NCBI GenBank assembly: GCA_948466395.1
Contig: CAOKAG010000002.1
Location: 16,062-80,061, forward strand
DNA from: an uncultured Mycoplasmatota bacterium
GTDB lineage: Bacteria; Bacillota_I; Bacilli_A; RF39; UBA660
Length of the DNA stretch: 64,000 nucleotides
Direction: 5' to 3'
The translations under genes were made by a program, and so were the position numbers. Shown one piece after another: positions 43,389 through 52,870 of this stretch (position 1 is the stretch's first letter; every line of letters begins with the position of its first letter). The notes below the pieces were generated by a model. That model worked only from the letters and a program-made list of their open reading frames with translations, was not told the DNA's origin and made no database searches.

Positions 43389-44315
43389 ATGGAATTTATG
43401 ACTACTAAAGAAGCTGTAAAAAAGTGGAATATTAGTGAAAGAAGAATAAGACAACTATTGCTAGATGGTAGAATTGAAGGTGCTATTAAAAACGGAAACA
43501 GTTGGAATATTCCAGTTGATGCAATAAAGCCTGTGGATAAAAGAGTTATCAAACCAGATTCTACAGAATTTATTATTGACTTAGAGAATAATTATTTTAA
43601 TGAGGTCGACCAATTAAAAAGAAAATTAGATAATAAAAGACCAATACCGAAAGAAACCTTAAGATCATTGGAAGAAACGATTAATCTTGAATGGATCTAT
43701 AACAGTAATGGTATAGAAGGTAACACTTTAACTCTTAGAGAAACACAAGTAGTGTTGGAAGGAATTACAGTTGGTGGAAAATCAATAAAAGAGCATTTGG
43801 AAGCTATTAACCATGAAAAGGCTATTTTATATTTAAACGATTTGGTAAAAGAAGATAACCCGATTACTGAGTGGAATATTAAAAGTATTCACCAATTAGT
43901 ATTAAAAGATATTGATGATGAAAATGCAGGAAGATATAGAAGAGAAAATGTTACTATAAAAGGGGCAACTCATACTCCTCCAGATTATTTGAAAGTACCA
44001 GAATTAATGGGAAAATTAGTTTTAAATTACGAAAATTGGAATGATTTTCATCCAATTATACAAGCTGTTTTACTGCATGGTGAATTAGTTAAAATTCACC
44101 CATTTGTAGATGGTAATGGTAGGACATCAAGGCTACTTATGAATTTAGATTTAATGAATCATGGATATAATCCAGTGATAATAAAAAAAGAAGATAGATT
44201 AGAATATTATGAAGCCTTAGATAAAGCTCATACAACTGGTGAATACACAGATTTTGTTAAATTAATAACAAAGTTAGAAATAGAAATATTAAAAAAATAT
44301 TTAAAATTGTTATAA
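43389..44315 (+). CDS. HTH-Fic (Fido) domain protein
   Basis: The Fic motif is HPFVDGNGRTSRLLMNLDL (HPFx[DE]GNGR). The N-terminus is an excisionase/MerR-like HTH. The start is MEFMTTKE after GAGGTG. Confidence 0.85.
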   Translation: MEFMTTKEAVKKWNISERRIRQLLLDGRIEGAIKNGNSWNIPVDAIKPVDKRVIKPDSTEFIIDLENNYFNEVDQLKRKLDNKRPIPKETLRSLEETINLEWIYNSNGIEGNTLTLRETQVVLEGITVGGKSIKEHLEAINHEKAILYLNDLVKEDNPITEWNIKSIHQLVLKDIDDENAGRYRRENVTIKGATHTPPDYLKVPELMGKLVLNYENWNDFHPIIQAVLLHGELVKIHPFVDGNGRTSRLLMNLDLMNHGYNPVIIKKEDRLEYYEALDKAHTTGEYTDFVKLITKLEIEILKKYLKLL

Positions 44316-44836
44316 TTGGAAGTATTATGGAACTGAGAGATTTATTAAAAAAATTACATCCTATCAATTTTCGGATTCAAAGGTTGTAGATAAAGTTGAG
44401 TGCCCTAGAGAAATAGAAACGATTGGTAAACTAAAATGTTTCATTTGAAATAGCAAATTTTTTTTAGTTATTTTGAAACATTATATATAAAGAATAATCT
44501 AACTATGTGCATGATTGAACAATACCTAGATTGATACAAAAATTGTATAAAAAAATCAAAGGCAGTAAGGGATTATTATAATAACACAAAATAGAGATTC
44601 AAATTTAAAAATCTTTATGGTTGAATATGATACGTGTTATAATAAACATGAGGTGTAAAAGATATGCCTGATAAATTAATTGAACAATTTTATGAAAAAG
44701 CAGAAAAAATGGATTTTAACGTTACAGGATTACTATTAAGCGGTTTGAATGTATTGACATTAGGGAGTGATTCCAAATGTAGCGATTGGAAAGAAATTCT
44801 TTTAATTCTACACATGATCCTTTATATTTTTTATTT

Positions 44837-45091
44837 TTAAATAGAGCATGCTTTAATGGTATAATTAGTTATTTCTTTTGATTTTATTTTATTATATAAG
44901 TCAATAATTAACTTATTTGTATCTGAAACAATTGCAATAGGTGGATTAATGTTAAATAAAACTTCACCAGAACCTAAAAAAGGTTCAATCCAAAATGTTT
45001 TGTCTGTCAAATTAATTTCTTTAATTATATTTGGTACTAATTTAGTCTTTTTCCCTTGAATTTTAATCGGAGCGACAATTATACCTCCAAT
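44837..45091 (-). pseudogene. Dam-type (D12 class) N6-adenine DNA methyltransferase N-terminal fragment
   Basis: The minus-strand translation IGGIIVAPIKIQGKKTKLVPNIIKEI...EPFLGSGEVLFNINPPIAIVSDTNKLIIDLYNKIK matches the Dam N-terminus (KWAGGK...EPFVGAGSVFLN...DIN.DLI.LY). There is no ATG start and a stop follows after ~84 aa. Confidence 0.55.
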
Positions 45092-45306
45092 TTAATTATA
45101 ACGTGTATAGTGTTGATTAGTAAATCAACAAAGTAGTCAGTTACCTAACACTTCCTTTTATTTACTATTCAGTATTATACGTGATATAATCATCTTATAG
45201 ATAAATAGTTCTAAATAATGAGAATTTCTCCAACTGCTAGTTAAAAAATTATAGTAATTTTTTTATTTTACGAGTTGAAGAATAAAATGTAAGAAGGAAG
45301 ATCAAA

Positions 45307-45822
45307 ATGAAGAATCTATTAAAAAGACCATTTAATGAAAAAAAGGTACTCGATAAGCTTGGAATAGAAGACTTTAGGCATCTTTCAAAAGATAAAGTCG
45401 TAGAATTCATTTCAATGCTTCCAAATATGGAACCAGAAGTTGCCAAAATTGCTATAGCCCAATTTCCTGAATTTACAAGTACAGTTAAATCAATTATGGT
45501 TGATTATAAACAAGCAATCGAAATGGCATTAAAAAATAACAATGATAGTATGAGGGCTTGTCAAGAAGCGGCAAAAAGTATTTTAAAATCATTAGATAAA
45601 ATATTAGATAATGATAATTTAACTCATGAAGAGAAAATGCAGATCATAGAAAAAATGCAGGAAGTTCAAAAAATGTTAAACGATAAAGATTCTGAAAATA
45701 AGAAATTTATTCGAGACATAGTTTCTGTTGCAGGTTTAGTTGTAATAAGTGTAGTGGGAGCAACAGCAGCGATAATAGGTAGCGATGGGAAAATAAAGTT
45801 ATCTAACAAAAACGATTCATAG
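45307..45822 (+). CDS. hypothetical helical protein with C-terminal TM segment (171 aa)
   Basis: ORF with C-terminal hydrophobic VSVAGLVVISVVGATAAIIG. Confidence 0.5.
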   Translation: MKNLLKRPFNEKKVLDKLGIEDFRHLSKDKVVEFISMLPNMEPEVAKIAIAQFPEFTSTVKSIMVDYKQAIEMALKNNNDSMRACQEAAKSILKSLDKILDNDNLTHEEKMQIIEKMQEVQKMLNDKDSENKKFIRDIVSVAGLVVISVVGATAAIIGSDGKIKLSNKNDS

Positions 45823-45891
45823 AATCTCGCTTGATATTGGATTTATAATTCAACAAGAATATACATTTTATTGATAAACTAAAAAAACACT

Positions 45892-46773
45892 ATGATTTAT
45901 AAAATAATTAAAGATTGGAAAAAAATAATGAATAATAAACAACAATATATTGAATATGCCAATAAAACGTTTAAAGGAAAAGCACTAGAATTGGTTCTAA
46001 AAAATATAGAACTTTTTTATGACCCAACTACAATTGAATGTCCAAAAAAGTATAAAATAAATGATAAAGTTATTTTAAAAAAAGGGACCTTTCTTCATGG
46101 GATACCTAGTAAATTAGAAAATTTAGATTGGATTTTTGAAAATGGCTTTTTAGCTAGTGATTTTACAGGAAAAAGTGAAGGAAAGAATAAAATAAAAAAC
46201 AGTATTGGAATGTGGAAAATTAAAGAAGAGCAAACATTAGAAGATTACATTGTATCTTACAGTGGTTTTACAATTACTTATTCTATTGGAAGAGGACCCG
46301 AAGCTCAAAATGTTTCTAAGTTAATTCCATTTCATAAATTTGATGAATTTACTGAAAAGTTAAACAATGATCCAGAAGTATGGACCTACTGGGGCGAAAA
46401 AACGAAAGAAGTCACTTTTTTGCCTAGCTTAGTATCGAATAAGAGACAAATCGCTTTTATTTTAAACATGGAAAGTGACAATGCAAAACATATGGCTGAA
46501 GCAGACGTTTGGAATCCAAATTTAGATTCAGAAACCTTAACAGAATTTTTAGATTATCGTTATTATCCTAAATTTATTGATTTAAGATTAAATAGAGATG
46601 CTTCAACAACAGATAGAGAATCTGCCATTATGTTCGGTCTTCCTATTAAATTAATCGAAGGTATATTAATAGGAAAAGAAATTGAAAAAGACAAATCCGC
46701 CTTACAATATATAAAAACAAAATTTCCAAAGGCTTATATTTGTAACTTAAAAGGAAGAGTAATAGTAGAATAA
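45892..46773 (+). CDS. hypothetical protein (293 aa)
   Basis: ORF with no recognised motifs. It is followed 16 nt later by an AraC regulator gene. Confidence 0.5.
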   Translation: MIYKIIKDWKKIMNNKQQYIEYANKTFKGKALELVLKNIELFYDPTTIECPKKYKINDKVILKKGTFLHGIPSKLENLDWIFENGFLASDFTGKSEGKNKIKNSIGMWKIKEEQTLEDYIVSYSGFTITYSIGRGPEAQNVSKLIPFHKFDEFTEKLNNDPEVWTYWGEKTKEVTFLPSLVSNKRQIAFILNMESDNAKHMAEADVWNPNLDSETLTEFLDYRYYPKFIDLRLNRDASTTDRESAIMFGLPIKLIEGILIGKEIEKDKSALQYIKTKFPKAYICNLKGRVIVE

Positions 46774-46789
46774 AAAAGAAAGGCATAAT

Positions 46790-47584
46790 ATGAATAAAGT
46801 GCAATTAGATGAAATGATCGATTATATTGAAAATCATTTAACTGAACCTATCAACTATAATAAATTAGCTCAAATTGTTGGTCTTCCGCCTTACATTTTA
46901 CAAAGAATATTTCAATTTTTAACTAATATGAGTATAAATGAATATGTAAAAAAACGAAGATTAAGTAAAGCTTATGAAGAATTAAAAGAAGGAAAGTTCT
47001 CTATAACAGAGATCGCCTTAGCTTATGGCTATGCTTCAAATAGTTCTTTTTGTCGAACATTCAAAAAATACTTTAAATCGTTACCAAAAGAAGTAAAAAA
47101 ACATAACGAAAGAATCGCTTTTCCCAAACCCATTTTTAGTGAAAATCTTCTTATTAATTATTTTTTTCGTTATAGAATAGAAAATATAAACACTTTACAT
47201 TTATATGGAAAAAAACTTGAAATTAGCGAAGAATATTATTCATCTCAAATTTATGAATTTTATAATGAATTGAAAAAACAAGGATTTTTAAAAGCGTTTA
47301 AAAAAACAACATGGTATGGGATAACCCTAATCGAAAATGAAAAAGAATACTATTTTGTGGGAAGTACTCAATTTTTTCCAAAATTAGAACAATTAAAAAT
47401 TCAAAAATCGAAATATTTAATATTGGATAATATAAGAAATAATCAAAACGATATTGTAAACGCTGAAATAAAAATGCATAAGAGTTTCATACCCTCTACA
47501 AATGTGAGACCAAAAGAGAATAACATTTATGAAATCGAAATTTACAAACAAGACAAATGTAGGATAGGTGTTCCAATTTTTTGA
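46790..47584 (+). CDS. AraC-family transcriptional regulator with C-terminal GyrI-like effector domain (putative)
   Basis: An AraC-type HTH (EYVKKRRLSKAYEELKEGKFSITEIALAYGYASNSSFCRTFKKYF) sits at the N-terminus. A ~150-aa C-terminal domain follows. Confidence 0.75.
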   Translation: MNKVQLDEMIDYIENHLTEPINYNKLAQIVGLPPYILQRIFQFLTNMSINEYVKKRRLSKAYEELKEGKFSITEIALAYGYASNSSFCRTFKKYFKSLPKEVKKHNERIAFPKPIFSENLLINYFFRYRIENINTLHLYGKKLEISEEYYSSQIYEFYNELKKQGFLKAFKKTTWYGITLIENEKEYYFVGSTQFFPKLEQLKIQKSKYLILDNIRNNQNDIVNAEIKMHKSFIPSTNVRPKENNIYEIEIYKQDKCRIGVPIF

Positions 47585-47653
47585 TAAAATTTATATGATT
47601 TTGGTACTTTTTTATAAAAACATTTTTATTATAATCTTCTTGAGGTGTATTAA

Positions 47654-48328
47654 ATGATAGACAGAATAGATAAAAGTTATTATAAAGAAGGAGAAGTTCA
47701 GATTATGGTTCCAAATTTAAAACCCTGTACTATAGTAGTGGGACCAAAAGGGATAAAATTTTATTCAGACTATGGAAATATGAAAATTAATGATTATTTA
47801 TATCATCCCAAAAGAACCCTATTTCCCTACCATGATCTTCCAACTCATAAAGAAAAAAATGGAGAATTTGTAAATCAACTATTTGAATTAAACAAACTCT
47901 ACCTAATTTTGTATTTTAATGGATTCAATTTCATATTTAGATCCGATTATTTTTTTCTAGTAGAAAATAATATTTATAAAAAAACAGAAATAGAGCAACA
48001 CTTTTCTTCCCAAAATACAACTAAAATGACTTTAGAACAGCTTAAGGAAAAGATGAACGAAATCATTTTAAATAGTGTCTTTTTCAGTATTATAGACGAT
48101 AAAGGCGTGTTACATGAATATTATAAAAATCATTTAGATTACACGATGCCATCATCAGGAATTTGTTTATTTGGAAATGGAACAGACTTAAAAATCATTC
48201 AATACAAAATGGCATTAAAAAATAATCAAATAATGCTTCAAAATCAAGAGCTTATTTTTCAAAATAATGAAGCATATAATTTAGCTAATGCTGAAAAGTT
48301 AATAGAGCCATCTATAAATAAACGATAA
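47654..48328 (+). CDS. hypothetical protein (224 aa)
   Basis: ORF with a hairpin terminator after it (GAGAAAAAAGTTTTCTC + T-run at ~48392-48420). Confidence 0.5.
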   Translation: MIDRIDKSYYKEGEVQIMVPNLKPCTIVVGPKGIKFYSDYGNMKINDYLYHPKRTLFPYHDLPTHKEKNGEFVNQLFELNKLYLILYFNGFNFIFRSDYFFLVENNIYKKTEIEQHFSSQNTTKMTLEQLKEKMNEIILNSVFFSIIDDKGVLHEYYKNHLDYTMPSSGICLFGNGTDLKIIQYKMALKNNQIMLQNQELIFQNNEAYNLANAEKLIEPSINKR

Positions 48329-48430
48329 AAGCATACATAATTCTAAAAAAGAAAGGTCTTTGATTTTATTTAAAATCTAAAAATTTACTTTAAGAGAAAA
48401 AAGTTTTCTCTTTTTATGTGGTCAAATTAA

Positions 48431-48664
48431 AAAATCGTTTCTTATACTAATGTCATAAATACCGTGGTTAGTGGAATAACCTCTATAGTAAATACGATTT
48501 CTTTTATTTTAATCGGTTTTATTGCAATCAGTTTAATGGTTTCAAGTATTATGATAGCGATCATTACTTATATTTCAGTTCTAGAAAGAACAAAAGAAAT
48601 AGGCATTTTAAGAGCCATTGGTGCGAGTAAAAAAGATCCCGTTGAGGCTTTAAGAAGCGAATGA
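48431..48664 (+). pseudogene. C-terminal fragment of an FtsX-family ABC transporter permease
   Basis: ITYISVLERTKEIGILRAIGASKKD is the conserved FtsX/MacB C-terminal TM4 region. Only 78 codons lie between the upstream stop and the gene end. Confidence 0.55.
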
Positions 48665-48746
48665 AATTAAAAAAGTGTAAAATGAAACAAAAGAAGATAG
48701 AAAAGAGAATCAAAATAAGCTAAAATAGTTTTAAAGAGGATAGAAA

Positions 48747-49340
48747 ATGAAAGACCAGATAAAGAAAATAAAAAAATTAAACGCACAAGAACGACAAAAA
48801 ATAGCTTATGAAGAATGGATAAAAATAATAAAAGAATTGTCCACAGAAGAAAAAATAGAATTAGCAAACGATATAGGCTACCCAGTTTTTACAAGAATGT
48901 GTATGGGTGCTTTAAAACATGATTTTGTTTTATTACAGGATGGAGCGGCCATTATAATAGAAAATGAAAAAGGTGAGATATTACTTCAAAGTCGAGCCGA
49001 CAGAGAAAAATGGGGCTTACCAGGTGGCTGTCAGAATTTAGGAGAACGATTTGAAGAAACCATTATAAGAGAAACAAAAGAAGAAACCAATCTAGATATT
49101 TTAGAAAGTGACTTAAAATTGATTGCTCCAGTATCAGGTCTTTCAAGACAAAACCATTATCCAAACGGAGACGTAGTCATCAATAATACGATGTTATACT
49201 ATACAAATAAATACACAGGAAACCTTAAATGGGATGAAGAATCTAAAAAAATGGAATTTTTTTCTTTATCAAATTTGCCTAAAAATCAAAATGATCCAGA
49301 TTTAATCGAACGCTATATTAATTTTAAGAAAGGAATGTAA
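48747..49340 (+). CDS. NUDIX hydrolase
   Basis: Nudix box: GLPGGCQNLGERFEETIIRETKEETNL (GX5EX7REUXEEXGU). Confidence 0.8.
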   Translation: MKDQIKKIKKLNAQERQKIAYEEWIKIIKELSTEEKIELANDIGYPVFTRMCMGALKHDFVLLQDGAAIIIENEKGEILLQSRADREKWGLPGGCQNLGERFEETIIRETKEETNLDILESDLKLIAPVSGLSRQNHYPNGDVVINNTMLYYTNKYTGNLKWDEESKKMEFFSLSNLPKNQNDPDLIERYINFKKGM

Positions 49341-49342
49341 AA

Positions 49343-50263
49343 ATGAAAAATAAAGTCGTATTAATCGGTTGTGGAAATGTAGGGATGGCTTATGCGTATT
49401 CCTTAATCAATCAAAAAACATTTGTCCAAGAACTTATTTTAATTGATCGAAATTTTGAAAAAGCAAGTGGTGAAGCCTTAGACTTAAACCATTGTACCCA
49501 ATTTGCTAACAGTAAAATTAAAGTAAGAGCAGGAGGATATGAAGAATGTGAAGAGGCAAGTCTTATTGTAATAGCAGCAGGAGCCAATCAAGAAATAGGA
49601 GAAACAAGAATGGATCTAATCCATAAAAATAGTGTCATTTTTAAATCCATTATTGATAACATTACAAAAACAAATTTTAAAGGCATCTATTTAGTAGCCA
49701 CCAATCCCTTAGACGTCATGACCTATTTAACTTTAAAATATTCTAAATCTGTACCAAATAAAGTCATAGGTTCTGGCACCACTTTAGATACAGCTCGACT
49801 TCGTTATCTTTTAAGTGAAAAAGTAAACATCAATCCCAATAACATTGAAGCTTATGTCATAGGAGAACATGGGGATTCCGAATTTATTCCTTGGAGCAAC
49901 GCATCAATTGGTCTAAAAAAGATAAATGAATTTTTAAATATAGGAGAATTAAAAGCAATTGAAGAAGACGTAAGAAACTCCGCTTATGAGATTATCAAAA
50001 AAAAGGGAGCCACCGCTTATGGCATAGGCATCTGTTTAACAAACATTACAAATGCCATTTTAGAAGACCAAAATGCAATACTATCGGTCTCTTCTTACGA
50101 TAAAGAAAACGACGTATGCATTTCTACACCAGCTATTGTCAATAAAAACGGTGTTCAAGAAAAATTATTTATTCCTTTAAATGAAGAAGAAAAAGAAAAA
50201 CTAATTCATTCAATCAATATTATAAAAGAGGCGGTGAATGAGGTTAATGAAACAACGAATTGA
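49343..50263 (+). CDS. ldh: L-lactate dehydrogenase
   Basis: The NAD-binding motif VVLIGCGNVGMAYAY, the catalytic region GEHGDSEF and substrate-loop arginines are present. Confidence 0.9.
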   Translation: MKNKVVLIGCGNVGMAYAYSLINQKTFVQELILIDRNFEKASGEALDLNHCTQFANSKIKVRAGGYEECEEASLIVIAAGANQEIGETRMDLIHKNSVIFKSIIDNITKTNFKGIYLVATNPLDVMTYLTLKYSKSVPNKVIGSGTTLDTARLRYLLSEKVNINPNNIEAYVIGEHGDSEFIPWSNASIGLKKINEFLNIGELKAIEEDVRNSAYEIIKKKGATAYGIGICLTNITNAILEDQNAILSVSSYDKENDVCISTPAIVNKNGVQEKLFIPLNEEEKEKLIHSINIIKEAVNEVNETTN

Positions 50264-50265
50264 AA

Positions 50266-50645
50266 ATTTTTACAAACAAGATGTATTTAATATGTTTCAC
50301 AAAAAAGACAATCCTTTTAGTTTTGTCACGACAAGAATATTTATGCTACAATGGGTTATTACTTATGTCTTGCCTTAAACGAAGTAGAAGAATTTTAATA
50401 TTGCTTTGAAGAGAATAATTTTTATAAATATGACAAAATAAATCCTAGCTACACTGAACAATACTCTGTTATCTTGTGAACCTTGGTTTAATTTTACTAG
50501 TGTCATAAGTCCTTATGAAAAAGACCTTACCATTCCTCAATTAATATGGGATAAATTTATTTTTATAGATCATCACGTTTATACAAACTTAATGATAATG
50601 AGCCATCATGGTTTTGTAGATGGGCACACATTGGTCAATTTTTGA
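50266..50645 (+). pseudogene. cat: degraded chloramphenicol O-acetyltransferase (cat) relic
   Basis: Frame 1 reads ENFYKQDVFNMFHKKDNPFSFVTTRIFM, resembling the CAT N-terminus ([25 protein letters not shown]). A later frame reads PWFNFTSV...LMIMSHHGFVDGHTLVNF*, resembling the CAT C-terminus (PWTSFTGF...LSLQVHHSVCDGYHAG). The middle part is deleted and there are frameshifts. Confidence 0.65.
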
Positions 50646-50737
50646 ATCATTTAAAAAAAAATTAAAGCGTATTTCACGAACAAAATAACTGTATTTTTTG
50701 TTCGTTTTTTTATATAATAGCCATAGGTGATGAAAAA

Positions 50738-51733
50738 ATGCAAAAAATAATACCTGAAAAACTTAAACAAGGTGATGAAATAAGGATAATTGCCCCCTCA
50801 AGAAGCATGACTATTTTAAATGACGAAACCATAAAAAGGGCCATAACGAACTTAGAAAGCTTAGGTCTTAAAGTCTCTTTTGGAGCAAATGTCAAAAAAG
50901 AAGAAAGTGTTTTTTATGGATGTGCATCAATAGAAGAGAGAGTTAATGATTTAGAAGAAGCATTTAAAGATCAAAACGTCAAAGCTATCTTAACGGTTAT
51001 TGGTGGATTTAATGTCAATCAAATAATTGATAAAATCGATTACGACATGATAAAAAATAATCCTAAAATCATTTGTGGCTATTCAGACATAACCGCTCTT
51101 TTACATGCCATTTATAAAAAAACAGGCTTAATCACGTATTATGGCCCTCACTTCTCCTCTTTTGGGATGAAAAAAGGATTAGAATACACCCTTGATTATT
51201 TTAAAAAAATGTTTTTTGAATCAAATTCAATTAAAATTCAAGCCAGTTCTTTATGGAGCAACGATTTGTGGTTTATCGATCAAGAAAAAAGAGACTTTAT
51301 AAAAAATGATGGGATGCAAATAATAAACAAAGGTACTTGTGAAGGACGAATTATTGGAGGAAATTTATGTACTTTAAATTTACTTCAAGGGACACCTTAT
51401 TTTGAAGATGAAAAAGAGGTCGTTCTTTTTATAGAAGAGGATGGAGGAGCGGATAAAAACTTTTTATTAGAATTTGATCGTAACCTAGTATCATTAATCC
51501 AATGCTTAAAAGTAGAAAACATAAAAGGCATCGTCATTGGAAGAACTGAAAAAAATACTGAGATGACCTTTGAAAAGTGGCAAACATTATTTAAAACAAA
51601 AAAAGAATTAGAAAACATACCGATTATTATTAACAGTGACTTTGGTCATACTACCCCTCAGTTTACCTTCCCAATCGGTGGAAACGTAAACTTGACAGTG
51701 ACTGAACAAATTGAAATTGAAATAAAAGATTGA
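50738..51733 (+). CDS. S66-family LD-carboxypeptidase (LdcA/MccF-like)
   Basis: Catalytic Ser region (AKAIWCGYSDITAL-like GYSDITALL) and a C-terminal His/Glu region. 331 aa. Confidence 0.75.
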   Translation: MQKIIPEKLKQGDEIRIIAPSRSMTILNDETIKRAITNLESLGLKVSFGANVKKEESVFYGCASIEERVNDLEEAFKDQNVKAILTVIGGFNVNQIIDKIDYDMIKNNPKIICGYSDITALLHAIYKKTGLITYYGPHFSSFGMKKGLEYTLDYFKKMFFESNSIKIQASSLWSNDLWFIDQEKRDFIKNDGMQIINKGTCEGRIIGGNLCTLNLLQGTPYFEDEKEVVLFIEEDGGADKNFLLEFDRNLVSLIQCLKVENIKGIVIGRTEKNTEMTFEKWQTLFKTKKELENIPIIINSDFGHTTPQFTFPIGGNVNLTVTEQIEIEIKD

Positions 51734-51778
51734 TATTGGTACACAAGTAAAAAATGGAACAAAGGAAGGGATCTATAA

Positions 51779-52868
51779 ATGAATGAATACGAACTAAAAA
51801 CAAAATTACTCAATATGAAAGAAAAAATAACAGACCTTGGGAGGTCTCTTTGACACCGAAAAAAAAGAAAAAAGAATAATAGAATTAGAACAATTAACTA
51901 AAGAAGAAAACTTTTGGCAAGATAGAAACAAAAGTACCCAAATAAATCAAGAGTTATCAACATTAAAAAAAGAAATAGAAACCTATAAAAAATTAGAAAC
52001 GAACATTGTTGATAACTTAGAACTTATAAACATTCTAGAAGAAGAAGAGCAAAAAAACTTAATAGATGAAATTGAAAAATTAGAAATAGAACTTCAAGAA
52101 TTAGAAATAAAAGCTTTACTAAGTGAAGAATTTGACTCTTGCAATTGTTATTTAGAAATCCATCCTGGAGCAGGTGGAACTGAATCTTGTGATTGGGCAA
52201 GCATGCTCTCTCGTATGTATTTAAAATTTTGTGATAATCAAAAATACGAATACGAAATCATTGATAGTGAACCAGGCGAAGAAGCGGGGATAAAGAGCAT
52301 TATTATTTATATAAAGGGATTGTATGCGTATGGTTATTTAAAAAAAGAAAAGGGCGTCCATCGTTTAGTACGAATTTCTCCTTTTGATTCCAATAAAAGA
52401 CGGCATACCTCTTTTGCTTCGGTTCTCGTAACACCAGAATACAACACAGATATTAACATTGAAATAAAAGAGAGTGACTTAAAAATTGATGTTTATCACT
52501 CTAGTGGGGCGGGAGGCCAATCCGTCAATACCTCTAATTCAGCAGTTAGAATAACTCACCTACCCTCTAATATAGTCGTGACCTGTCAAAATGAAAGAAG
52601 TCAAACGCGAAATAAAGAAATTGCTTTAAAAATGCTTAAAAATAAATTGTATGAATTAGAACTTCAAAATTTAGAAAACAAAAAAAAGGATATAAAAGGA
52701 ACCATGGATAACATTAATTTTGGAAGTCAAATAAGAAGTTACGTCTTAGAACCCTATAAATTAATTAAAGACAATCGTTCTGGTTATGAAACCAGTAACG
52801 TCATGAAATTTTTAGATGGGGACATTCTTCCCATGCTAGAAGCAAATTTAAAAAAGAAAGAAGGATAA
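51779..52868 (+). CDS. prfB: peptide chain release factor 2, expressed by programmed +1 frameshift (join 51779..51850, 51852..52868)
   Basis: The zero-frame leader MNEYELKTKLLNMKEKITDLGRSL ends at CTT TGA C, with an internal Shine-Dalgarno-like GGGAGG 3 nt upstream. This is the canonical prfB autoregulatory frameshift site. The +1 frame continues FDTEKK... through SPF (RISPFDSNKRRHTSFA) and GGQ. Confidence 0.92.
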
Positions 52869-52870
52869 CA

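Larger units (their letters stand above)
39982..48700. mobile_element. decayed integrated element / genomic island (integrase remnants, Fic, Dam fragment, accessory genes) inserted between secA and prfB
   Basis: It holds one intact-looking and one fragmented tyrosine recombinase gene. It also holds truncated P-loop, Dam and FtsX fragments, and uncharacterised cargo. secA and prfB are normally adjacent. Confidence 0.5.

Noticed and set aside
48667-48867. 66-aa minus-strand ORF overlapping the NUDIX gene start
   Set aside because: It has a poly-L/F composition, overlaps a supported plus-strand gene, and has no ribosome-binding site.
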